In this document: positions 23,755 to 31,794 of the stretch, piece by piece
Layout of the letters: each line of letters begins with the position of its first letter
Position numbering within the stretch: position 1 is the stretch's first letter
From: a virus
Strand: one strand, 5' to 3'
DNA: 54,137 bases
IMG/VR virus record: IMGVR_UViG_3300021400_000023
Notes under the pieces: generated by a model
What the model was told of the DNA's origin: nothing
What the model saw: the letters and a program-made list of their open reading frames with translations, nothing else
Databases searched by the model: none
Position numbers and translations under genes: made by a program

Positions 23755-25154
23755 AAATAGACCACCTCCGCGCTGGCGCACCAGTCGTCATAGCGCGCCC
23801 TGATGTCCTCCTCCATCCCGTCGAACGGCTCCACGCCTCGCACAACGAGCATTTCCACGTCGTAGTCTGTCGCGCCGTCCTCCGTCGTCAGGGGCAGCAC
23901 ATGGGGCCGCAGATACACGTCTACCGTGCCGTCCTCCTGCTCCTGGATGGTATAAAAATGCCGCCTCCCCGGCGGCTGATCGCTCTCAATATTCATATTG
24001 TCGCACCTTTGAAGTACAAAGTGTTCCTCGATCCAGCGGATCATGTTGTGACCGTTACAATGCTTGCACATCCCGATATAGCAGATCACGCTTTCCATCG
24101 CCGCGTCATAGCTGATTTGCCATGCGGCAAAGGCCGCCATGATGAAGCGCAGGCTCCGCTTGATGTGTGTCGTGGTCTTTCGTCTCATGCGGATGCCGTG
24201 CGGCGTCAGCAGATAACCCACGAACTCAACCGGGGCCGTCGCCTTTTGGATTCTGCTTTTCGGGCTGATGTCAAGCAGCAGCTCGTCCCGAAGAAAGGTT
24301 TCGATGGCGGCGAATATTCGCTTTGCATTCTCCTTGCCCTTGACGAGGATGCAGAAATCGTCCATATAGCGCACATAGTAGTGTACTTTCAGCGTGCGCT
24401 TGATGAATTGATCCAGCTTGTCCAGAAACAGGTTGGCCGTTTCCTGGCTCGTCAGGTTGCCGATGGGCATACCCACATCAAAGAGCCGCCGCCATCGCGG
24501 GCAATCATCCGGCTTCATCCCCGGAGGCAGGCCGAAAGGCACGTCCGGGTTATTGATGATTGTCCGCATAAGCCAGCGAAACCAGGCGTCGTCTGATACC
24601 TCGTCGTAGGTATTCAGCACCTTCCCGTGTTCAACCCTGTAAAAGTATTTGCTGATGTCGCCCTTGATAAGATACCATTCGTCCGCGTCCGGCTTCCGGC
24701 TGATCTTCTGCTGCCAGTTTTGCAGGCACTCCGCCGCTGGCAGCGTTCCTTTGCCCTTCCGGCACCCGTAGCTGTGCGTGATATATCGCTTGTCCAGATA
24801 TGGGTTGATTTGCCGGTAAATGGCCCATTGCACAACGCGATCCCGAAAGCCCAGCGCCATGACGAGCCTCGGCTTCGGGTAGCGTACATAAAATTCCCGA
24901 TATGGCCCCACCTTGTAGGTCATATCCAGTAGCTCTTTCTGTATCTGGTGCAGATTCGCGCCCAGGTTGAAAGAGAAGTCCAAAACCTCATTGCGATACC
25001 GTTTCCCCTTTGCGGCGTCCCGGTAAGCGCCCATCAGGTTTTCAAAATCACAGATGCGGTCTTTCAGATTGTGCAGCCCTTCCAAAACATTCACCCCGCC
25101 CTGTGAACTGCCGCGCGTGACGTGTTCCGTCAGGCATAGACTGTAATGCCCCAA
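23751..25154 (-). CDS. DGR reverse transcriptase
   Basis: RT motifs include PIGNLTSQ (the DGR-type motif 4) and YVRYMDDF (YxDD box). 467 aa. Confidence 0.9.
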   Translation of the reverse strand: MGHYSLCLTEHVTRGSSQGGVNVLEGLHNLKDRICDFENLMGAYRDAAKGKRYRNEVLDFSFNLGANLHQIQKELLDMTYKVGPYREFYVRYPKPRLVMALGFRDRVVQWAIYRQINPYLDKRYITHSYGCRKGKGTLPAAECLQNWQQKISRKPDADEWYLIKGDISKYFYRVEHGKVLNTYDEVSDDAWFRWLMRTIINNPDVPFGLPPGMKPDDCPRWRRLFDVGMPIGNLTSQETANLFLDKLDQFIKRTLKVHYYVRYMDDFCILVKGKENAKRIFAAIETFLRDELLLDISPKSRIQKATAPVEFVGYLLTPHGIRMRRKTTTHIKRSLRFIMAAFAAWQISYDAAMESVICYIGMCKHCNGHNMIRWIEEHFVLQRCDNMNIESDQPPGRRHFYTIQEQEDGTVDVYLRPHVLPLTTEDGATDYDVEMLVVRGVEPFDGMEEDIRARYDDWCASAEVVYL

Positions 25155-25356
25155 ATCGCTTTAGGGTATGCTGCGGACAGCCATAGCCCGTTGCCCTTCC
25201 GGGCGCTTCGCGGTGATTCCTGCCGCGCGTTTCCTGCGGAGCGTTCTTGCCGCTGCGCGTCAGGATTTTTGTTTAGCCCCTTCGGGCCGAGGAAACGCAC
25301 CCCTCCCATCAGCGGATGGCCGCTGATTCGTAATCTCGCGGCGCGTAATATATGCT

Positions 25357-25476
25357 GGGAGCGGGGGCGGCACCCATAGTTGTTGTTGGCGTTGCCGCGC
25401 TCGTTGTTGGCATTGACATAGCCAAGCCCCGCGTTGCTGCCGTTGTTGTAGTTGCCGCCGCGACGGGGGAAGCGCT
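25357..25476 (-). repeat. DGR template repeat (TR)
   Basis: 120 bp matching 26085-26204 at 107 of 120 positions. In the sense strand it carries AAC/TAC/TAT codons at the sites that differ. Confidence 0.9.
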
Positions 25477-25505
25477 AAAGAACGCATGGATTCAGACCGT
25501 CCAAA

Positions 25506-25928
25506 TCACGGCACGTTCCCTCTGCTATCGCCACTCTTGCGGCCAGATACGCTATTCATCCAGCCGCCGATCAAAGCCCCGATCTCGTCAATCTTCTTTG
25601 ACCATTCGCCGTAGCTCTGATCCGTGAGCAATCGCCTTGTTTTTCCGCTCTTGTCCGTGAAAATGATCTTGTTCGCCTGCTGGATGAAGATGTCCAGCAC
25701 GGCCTTGCTGGTGTCCAAGTCGGCCAGCGTGCTTTTGTTCATGTACCGCAGGCGGGCCTTTGTTGCCAGCCGCAGCATCGTGTACATTTCCTGCATGATG
25801 TCCACGCCCAGGCTCCGCTTATGGAAGCTCGGCCAGCGCTCCACGATGGGGCGCGCGTATTGGATCATGTCGTCGATTTTCTGGCAGCATGGCCCCGGAT
25901 TGCTCCTGTCGTACTTAAATTCCGGCAT
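25506..25928 (-). CDS. avd: DGR accessory variability determinant (Avd, four-helix-bundle type)
   Basis: 140-aa basic helical protein located between VR and TR. The call rests on position and size. Confidence 0.75.
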   Translation of the reverse strand: MPEFKYDRSNPGPCCQKIDDMIQYARPIVERWPSFHKRSLGVDIMQEMYTMLRLATKARLRYMNKSTLADLDTSKAVLDIFIQQANKIIFTDKSGKTRRLLTDQSYGEWSKKIDEIGALIGGWMNSVSGRKSGDSRGNVP

Positions 25929-25964
25929 ATCATTCTCTCCGTCCGGCGGATATTATTTTCCCCA

Positions 25965-26002
25965 TCACGCGCGCGTCATGGAAACTATTAACGCGCGCGT
26001 GA
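25965..26002. promoter_or_regulatory. Perfect 12-bp inverted repeat (TCACGCGCGCGT-14 nt-ACGCGCGCGTGA) downstream of VR
   Basis: Read directly from the sequence. It lies between the target stop (26080) and the avd start (25928). Confidence 0.6.
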
Positions 26003-26079
26003 TAACGGGGAAAGGGATGTATGGGGCACGCCCTATCGGGCGGCCCCGGTCAGGGGTTCAGTATTCAGTTTCCAGGGGT

Positions 26080-27294
26080 TCAGAGGGAGCGGGGGCGGCA
26101 CCCATAGACGACGTAGGCGTTGCCGCGCTCGTTGTTGGCATTGACACAGCCAAGCCCCGCGCCGCTGCCGGAGTTGAAGGCGCCGCCGCGACGGGGGAAG
26201 CGCTCGCCCGCCACGAAGTTGACGTAGTAATAGCCGGGGGTGTCGTCGCCCGCGCCGGTCTTGATAAGGCCCAGCTCGTAAACGATGCTCGGCACATAAG
26301 GCAGGCGCGTGGTGTTCACCGCAACCGTGCTGAAACTTTCGCCCTTCGCGCCCACGGTCAGGTCGTCGCATTGCGTGTCCAGGGTGATATGCCCGTTCAG
26401 CCAGTTCCAATGGAGCGTGCCAGCCGTGCCGGGGGCGACGAGGGTATAGCCGTTGTCGCTGGTGTTCGGCAGGATCGCGCGCCACGCGGCGGAAGAAGCG
26501 GACAGGTCGGCGTCCGGGTCGGCGGCGTTGTTGTTCTCCAGGATTTGCAGCTCACAGTCCACGATGCGGTAGCCGTACTGCTGTTCCAGGCTGGAGCCGA
26601 TGATGTCCGCCAGCAGGGCCGGGTCGCTGCCCAGATACCAGTCCAGCGGGCCGGTGCCGTTCAGCGTCCGATAGCCGGTCTGATGGGCCGCGTCGGGCGT
26701 GCCGTCGTTGCTGATGCCGCCCACAAACTTGCCCTTCTCCCAATAGGTCGGGGCCAGGTCGGGCCGCAGCTCCGCCGCCGTGGTGTGGGCAATCAGGCAC
26801 TTGTAAATGTACCCGTTGTAGGCTCTTTCCGTGTTCACGGACAGCGCCTTGCCGGTTTCCCAGGCGCTCGCGTCCTGGTGTGCCTGCCCCCAGGCGGTAT
26901 TTCCGTGCGGCTTCCAGCCGTTCTTCTGCGCCAGCAGCTTGATAAAGCCGTAGTCCGCACAGGTCATGCCGGTAATGCCGGGGCCAGCCAGCTTCATGCG
27001 GGAAAGGCACTGATCCGCGCCCAGGCTCCGGGCCGGGTTGATGTTCGGCAGGCTCACCAGCGCGCCGCCGGAAACGCCGTTCTCGCCGCCCTTGTACTTG
27101 CCAAGCAGAATGTAATCCTGCTCCACGCCATTGATGATAAAGGCCGGGTGCGTGTGCTCCGGCAGCCCCGCCACCAGGTCGGAGCTTTTCATTTTGGGAA
27201 ATTTGACGAAGATACCGGCCACGTTGCCGTCCGCGTCGTACTTCACGACGTTACCGTACTTCTTCGCCAGAAATTCAAGAGGGCTGTTATTCAT
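26080..27294 (-). CDS. DGR target protein: putative receptor-binding tail fibre with C-terminal variable region
   Basis: It is the last gene of the tail module. The C-terminus ...RRGGAFNSGSGAGLGCVNANNERGNAYVVYGCR carries the VR. An internal CBM5/12-like motif reads AWETGKALSVNTERAYNGYIYKCLIAHT...PTYWE. Confidence 0.85.
   Translation of the reverse strand: MNNSPLEFLAKKYGNVVKYDADGNVAGIFVKFPKMKSSDLVAGLPEHTHPAFIINGVEQDYILLGKYKGGENGVSGGALVSLPNINPARSLGADQCLSRMKLAGPGITGMTCADYGFIKLLAQKNGWKPHGNTAWGQAHQDASAWETGKALSVNTERAYNGYIYKCLIAHTTAAELRPDLAPTYWEKGKFVGGISNDGTPDAAHQTGYRTLNGTGPLDWYLGSDPALLADIIGSSLEQQYGYRIVDCELQILENNNAADPDADLSASSAAWRAILPNTSDNGYTLVAPGTAGTLHWNWLNGHITLDTQCDDLTVGAKGESFSTVAVNTTRLPYVPSIVYELGLIKTGAGDDTPGYYYVNFVAGERFPRRGGAFNSGSGAGLGCVNANNERGNAYVVYGCRPRSL
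26085..26204 (-). repeat. DGR variable repeat (VR)
   Basis: It has 13 mismatches to TR. All are at plus-strand T, which is sense-strand A of TR. Confidence 0.9.
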
Positions 27295-27457
27295 CCGTGC
27301 CGCCCTCCTCCATCATTTCGACGAGTTCCTGGTACTCCTCCACGGTGATGCGGTCAGCCATCAGGAAAACGTCGAGCTTCTGCAAGGTGGATTCGCGGTC
27401 AAGATTGCCCTTCTTGATGCCGTTCTCGATGATCCGCTTCATCAGCTTGTAAGTCAT
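27287..27457 (-). CDS. XkdX-like small tail-module protein (paralog 2)
   Basis: The start is set at the internal ATG at 27457 after GGAGGTAAACACC. MTYKLMKRIIENGIKKG...ITVEEYQELV parallels the upstream paralog. Confidence 0.55.
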   Translation of the reverse strand: MTYKLMKRIIENGIKKGNLDRESTLQKLDVFLMADRITVEEYQELVEMMEEGGTDE

Positions 27458-27534
27458 GGTGTTTACCTCCATTCCTTTCAGAATTTTGTTATACTGCCGG
27501 TCAATGATTTTCCCGGCGATCCAGGCCGTCAGGC

Positions 27535-27696
27535 TCATTCGTCCATCAGCCCCACAAGCTCCCTGTACTGGTCGGCGGTCAGCCGGTCAGCGGCCAGAAA
27601 GGCGTCCAGCTTGTCCATGATCCCGGCCCGCTTTTCCTCCAGCGTGCCGTCCTTCTTCGCGTTCAGAATGATCCGCTTCATCAGGTTATAGGCCAT
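27535..27696 (-). CDS. XkdX-like small tail-module protein (paralog 1; below the ORF-track size cut-off)
   Basis: Hand translation gives MAYNLMKRIILNAKKDGTLEEKRAGIMDKLDAFLAADRLTADQYRELVGLMDE. Its stop overlaps the next ATG (ATGA). Confidence 0.55.
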   Translation of the reverse strand: MAYNLMKRIILNAKKDGTLEEKRAGIMDKLDAFLAADRLTADQYRELVGLMDE

Positions 27697-27699
27697 CTT

Positions 27700-27930
27700 T
27701 TATCCCTCCTTTTCTCCGAGTTCCAGCATCGTAACCTCATACAAGGTTTCGGCCATCAGCTCGTCGTGTTCGTTGATCTGGGCACGCAGGGCCTTGAAAG
27801 GGGCCAGCTCCGCTTCCCATGCTTCCTTGCGCTTGCGATCCCATTCCTCCGGGTCGTCCTCCGGCACGTCGGGCATAACTTCCTCCGCCGTGATTTCCTC
27901 CTCCGGGGTCAGGATTTCGTTTTCATCCAT
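27700..27930 (-). CDS. Hypothetical acidic protein
   Basis: 76-aa ORF within the tail-fibre region. Confidence 0.5.
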   Translation of the reverse strand: MDENEILTPEEEITAEEVMPDVPEDDPEEWDRKRKEAWEAELAPFKALRAQINEHDELMAETLYEVTMLELGEKEG

Positions 27931-27949
27931 CGGGGTGTCCTCCTCTCAA

Positions 27950-28237
27950 TCAGCTTGTCAGGGTCGCAACCTGGGCTTCCAGGGTTTCGATCCGTTTCTG
28001 TGCGTCCCGAACCTCCGCCTGGTGAATCGTCATGAGCATATCGTAGGCGATGCTGATATGCTGCAAGGCTTCATCCATGGTGTTGAAGTTGGTCGCGCTC
28101 TGTGCCGTGCCCTGCTGGATCACCGTTCCGGGCGCGGGCGTAAAGGTCTTGCTCCCGTCGCTGTTGGTCGCTTCGGTGTACGTCCTGGGGCGCTGCACCA
28201 CATGGTCTTTCCATCCGATCCGCTTGTTGTAGCTCAT
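27950..28237 (-). CDS. Putative tail fibre-associated protein
   Basis: WKDHVVQRPRTYTEATNSDGSKTFTPAPGTVIQQGT resembles N-termini of Firmicute prophage fibre proteins (from memory). Confidence 0.45.
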   Translation of the reverse strand: MSYNKRIGWKDHVVQRPRTYTEATNSDGSKTFTPAPGTVIQQGTAQSATNFNTMDEALQHISIAYDMLMTIHQAEVRDAQKRIETLEAQVATLTS

Positions 28238-28257
28238 ACTGTTTTCACCTTCTCCCT

Positions 28258-28617
28258 TTACAGCGCGTCATACGCGCCCGTCCTGCTGGTGTTCTCCGTG
28301 ACCTGGAACAGTTGGAACCGGCAAACATACAAAATGCCCTCGGTGGCGTCCGCCCTCGCAATGCTCACCGCCTTGCTGCCGATCCTCACGCCGTTGTGGT
28401 CGTACAGCTCGACGCCCGTCACCGTAATGTTGCCGCTTACGGTGTGGTCAATCAGGAATGTCACTTCCACAACGCCGCTGTTCAGCACTTCGGCCTTTTC
28501 GATCTTTGCCTGATACCAAGTGCTCCCCACCTTGTACCGCGCGTAGGAAGGATCATTCTTGATCTCCTTCCGCTTCGCCGCAAGGTAGGTGCTGTCCAGC
28601 GTGAATACATCCGCCAT
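28258..28617 (-). CDS. Hypothetical tail-module protein
   Basis: 119-aa ORF located between the gpI-like and fibre-like genes. Confidence 0.5.
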   Translation of the reverse strand: MADVFTLDSTYLAAKRKEIKNDPSYARYKVGSTWYQAKIEKAEVLNSGVVEVTFLIDHTVSGNITVTGVELYDHNGVRIGSKAVSIARADATEGILYVCRFQLFQVTENTSRTGAYDAL

Positions 28618-28637
28618 TGTCTTAATCCTCCTTTTCG

Positions 28638-29534
28638 TCAGATTTCATCCGCGCCGCACATCTTGTAAAGGATTCGGGCGTATGTGTCCTCCGCTTGTGC
28701 GGCCTGGATGTCGTTTTCTCCGACGATGCCCAGGGTGTTTTCCTGCGGGATGGTGCCCGCCTGCACGCCCTCGCTCGTCATGGGGTAGCCGAAAGGATAG
28801 GCCGCCGCGTCGCCGCGCATACCGGCCTTTGCTTCGCCCACAGTGCCCAGGGTGTTGATCTCCGGGCGCGTGCCGGTCATGGGATACGGGAAGCGGTGGC
28901 CCTCGGCCTCCGCCCCGATGCCCGCTTTCATACTCTCGTCGATGATGCCGATGGTGTTCTCCTGCGGCCAGCGTCCGGCCCAATTCTCCGTGCCGGTCAG
29001 CGGGTAGCCGAAGCGCGCCAGAACCTCGCCCGTGGCGATGATCCCGATCTTGCACTTGCTTCCGATGCGCAGGCTGTCAAGCACGCTGCGCACGTTCTTT
29101 GCCGTGCCGATGGCCTTTCTTGCCCACGCCTCGTTTTCCGGCGTCCATTCTCCTTCCACAGTCACGCGGAAGTGATACGGGTCGCCGCCGTACTGCCAGT
29201 TTTCTTCCAGGTCAACGGCCCCGAAATAGCTGCCGATGTACTGATAAACCGCCTGCGGAGTGCCGAACAGGCGGTACAGAGGGATCGCGTTCTTGATCCA
29301 TCGGCGCTTTGTTTCCAGGTCGGCGTTGTAGTCGTACAGGCAGTTGGTTTCCCAGGCCAGTTCATCAAGCCGCCATTCTGGCATCGTGTCGTAGTTCAGC
29401 ACGCAATCGACGCCCTGCTGGATCGTGTCGTTCATGATCTGCACAGCGGCCTCGATGGCCTTTGCCACGGCGTACCCGTTCTTGTCTTGCAGGATAAAGC
29501 GCGGGACGTGCCTTGTTACGTCAAACGTGAACAT
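28638..29534 (-). CDS. Baseplate/tail protein, P2 gpI-like, with three internal C-terminal repeats
   Basis: The N-terminus ...MPEWRLDELAWETNCLYDYNADLETKRRWI resembles gpI. The C-terminus has three units ending PQENT(I/L)GI(I/V). Confidence 0.6.
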   Translation of the reverse strand: MFTFDVTRHVPRFILQDKNGYAVAKAIEAAVQIMNDTIQQGVDCVLNYDTMPEWRLDELAWETNCLYDYNADLETKRRWIKNAIPLYRLFGTPQAVYQYIGSYFGAVDLEENWQYGGDPYHFRVTVEGEWTPENEAWARKAIGTAKNVRSVLDSLRIGSKCKIGIIATGEVLARFGYPLTGTENWAGRWPQENTIGIIDESMKAGIGAEAEGHRFPYPMTGTRPEINTLGTVGEAKAGMRGDAAAYPFGYPMTSEGVQAGTIPQENTLGIVGENDIQAAQAEDTYARILYKMCGADEI

Positions 29535-29549
29535 TCTTCGTCACCGCCT

Positions 29550-30647
29550 TTAGGAAAGGGCCGTCAAGGTGATAGTGCCCTTGCATCGCTGGCTGGCCCC
29601 GATCTCGGTATAGGTGACGGCCCCGCCGTTGAAGTTGCTGCCGTCGCCCCAGGTAACGCGCGTCGCGCCCGCCTGGTAGATGGCCGCCATCAGCCGGTCA
29701 GGATTGAAAGCCCGCCCGATTACCTGATCCTGCCACGTCTGGTAGTCGCTCACCGCCGCCGCAATCGCCGCGCTTGTGGCGCTGCTGTTGTCGCTCGCAT
29801 AGCGCACATTCAGCGTATAGGCCACGTCCGCCGCGCGGTAAACGCTCACGTTGTCGGTCAGAGGCCGCACGTCCTCCGCCGAAAGCGCGTCCAGAACGCT
29901 TTGCATGATGGCCGCCGCGCCCGTGTCGCTTGCCAGAAGCAGATATACGCCCACGTTGCCCGCGCCCATGTTCAGCGCCTTGGCGTCCAGAATTTCGGAG
30001 CTTACGGCCTTTGCCACGGCTTCGTACTGCTGTTCTGGGCCGGTGGAAACGCTCGCAAGGCCGTATTCCCGGATGCGGGCGCGGTAGGTTTCGTCGTCCT
30101 CCTCCTCGTTTCCGCCGCTGGCGTCCGTCGCCACGATGATGCTGTTTACGCCGCTGTTGGTAATGGCAAGGCCCATTTCCGATCCGGCCAGCAGGCCGTT
30201 TCCGACGCTGCCCGCGCGGTCTGCGACAACCTCCACCGTCACCGTCTGCGCGTAGCCCGTCAGGGTCAAATCCTCCACCAGCAGATAGAAGATTTCGCCG
30301 TCCGCTGTCATGGCCGTGCCCGCCTCCAGCACGTCGGATTTGCCCGTCGCGTTGGTGGTGATGGTCACGGTGGCCGTCGCCGCCGTCGCCTGGATGCGCG
30401 GACAGCTCCTTTGCTCGCCCAGCACGTCCAGATAGTCGCCCACGGCGTAGCGCAGGGTCGCCATGCGCAGGGCGTTATCCACGCCCGCGAAAACCTGTAC
30501 GATGTCCTCCTGCACGCTCCGCAGCAGCATGTACTTTTCGTCGCCCGGATAGAGGATGTCGCCGCCCGCCTCGACGTAGTTAATCATCATCTGCTCCCAT
30601 ATCGCGTCAGGGTCATAGGTCAGATAATGAAGCTCGGTATTGTCCAT
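29550..30647 (-). CDS. Baseplate J-like protein
   Basis: It follows the gp25/W-like gene. Size and position fit. The start is set at the ATG at 30647 (MDNTELHYL). Confidence 0.65.
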   Translation of the reverse strand: MDNTELHYLTYDPDAIWEQMMINYVEAGGDILYPGDEKYMLLRSVQEDIVQVFAGVDNALRMATLRYAVGDYLDVLGEQRSCPRIQATAATATVTITTNATGKSDVLEAGTAMTADGEIFYLLVEDLTLTGYAQTVTVEVVADRAGSVGNGLLAGSEMGLAITNSGVNSIIVATDASGGNEEEDDETYRARIREYGLASVSTGPEQQYEAVAKAVSSEILDAKALNMGAGNVGVYLLLASDTGAAAIMQSVLDALSAEDVRPLTDNVSVYRAADVAYTLNVRYASDNSSATSAAIAAAVSDYQTWQDQVIGRAFNPDRLMAAIYQAGATRVTWGDGSNFNGGAVTYTEIGASQRCKGTITLTALS

Positions 30648-30663
30648 GTTTTCACCGTCCTTT

Positions 30664-30984
30664 CTATGCCCCTTCTTCAAAGGTCACTTCGATAATCACT
30701 TTGATGTAAACGCTTCCGTCGTCAAGGATGGTCGCCTCCGCGTCCACCACTTCCACGTCCGGCTCCCACATCATCACGCGGTCAAGTTCCGGCAGCAGCT
30801 CCGCCCGCAATTCTTCAATGGGCAGATCATACAGCGCCGGATCAAACCCAATGTATCGGTCATATGGCACTTCGCCCATCCTGCACATGAGAAGGTTTTT
30901 CGCGTTTTGAAGCGTCCGCTGTACGATGTCGTCCTCCTGCCAGTCGATGGGAGAGGCGATATTGTCAATCTGATATTGTGCCAT
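30664..30984 (-). CDS. Baseplate wedge protein (gpW/gp25-like)
   Basis: 106 aa. ...LLMCRMGEVPYDRYIGFD... is typical of gp25-like proteins. Confidence 0.6.
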   Translation of the reverse strand: MAQYQIDNIASPIDWQEDDIVQRTLQNAKNLLMCRMGEVPYDRYIGFDPALYDLPIEELRAELLPELDRVMMWEPDVEVVDAEATILDDGSVYIKVIIEVTFEEGA

Positions 30985-30996
30985 GCCCGCCCCTCC

Positions 30997-31791
30997 TTAC
31001 TTTTTCTTAAACAGGCTTGTAACCTTGCTCACAACGCTCTTGATCTTGCTCAACGCCGAGCTGGTGGTGGTTGCTTTCTTGACGGTACTCACCGCCTTGG
31101 CCGCTGTCACAACCTTCTTCACGGCGGAAACGCCCGCCTTGACGGCGCTCGTCACGGCGCTGGCGACGCTGGTCTTGCCGGTCAGTACATTCTTGACGGT
31201 GGTCACGGCCTTTTTTACGCCGTTGACAACCTTTGTCGCCACGTTTTTGACGCCCTCGGCGATCTTCTGGACAATATTCGTGCTCTTGGTGGTCGTCGTG
31301 GAGGTCTTTTTCACGGAAACCTTTTTGCTCCCGCCGCCTCCGCCTCCTCCGCCGCCGCCCCCGCCAGAGCCGGAACCTCCGCCGGAAGCGCCGTCGTTCT
31401 TGCTGCATTGCTTCATCGTCACCTGTACGTCGGCCTGCGTCCAGGTGCCCTTGTTTATCAGGCCGATTTCCTTCACCGTCGCGTCCGTCAGCATGAGCTG
31501 GCACGTCACCAGCTTTTTGTTGCCGACGTAGAAGTAATCCTTTTTCCCGGCCCGCGCCTCGGACACAAATTTGAGCGCTTCGCTTCGCACGTTGCATCCC
31601 AGGCGGGCGTTAAGGTGGATGGTAAAGCTCACTTCAACCGGCTTTCCCTTCTTCCGGGAAACGTATTTCTGGCTTCCGTCCTCCTTGTCCTCGGTTTCGC
31701 TCGATCCCTTGATTTGCAGGCCGGTAAAGCTCCGTATCAGGCTGCTGGACACTTCAAATTTGTGCCCGTTCCATCTTCCGATCTCTGCCAT
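30997..31791 (-). CDS. Tail/baseplate protein (gpU-like N-domain) with poly-Gly linker and K/V/T/A low-complexity C-terminus
   Basis: The N-terminal 130 aa look globular. They are followed by GGGSGSGGGGGGGGGGGGS and then about 110 aa of repetitive VKKAVTTVKNV-type sequence. Confidence 0.4.
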   Translation of the reverse strand: MAEIGRWNGHKFEVSSSLIRSFTGLQIKGSSETEDKEDGSQKYVSRKKGKPVEVSFTIHLNARLGCNVRSEALKFVSEARAGKKDYFYVGNKKLVTCQLMLTDATVKEIGLINKGTWTQADVQVTMKQCSKNDGASGGGSGSGGGGGGGGGGGGSKKVSVKKTSTTTTKSTNIVQKIAEGVKNVATKVVNGVKKAVTTVKNVLTGKTSVASAVTSAVKAGVSAVKKVVTAAKAVSTVKKATTTSSALSKIKSVVSKVTSLFKKK

Positions 31792-31794
31792 GTG

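Larger units (their letters stand above)
23751..27294 (-). mobile_element. Diversity-generating retroelement cassette (target-VR, Avd, TR, RT)
   Basis: All four canonical components are in the canonical order. The TR/VR mismatches are adenine-specific. Confidence 0.92.

Noticed and set aside
31330-31385. The poly-Gly-encoding tract as a phase-variation switch.
   Set aside because: The DNA is a mixture of gcc/tcc/ccc-type units, not a homopolymer or perfect short tandem repeat. Length changes in multiples of three would not shift the frame. It is kept only as a possible length polymorphism.
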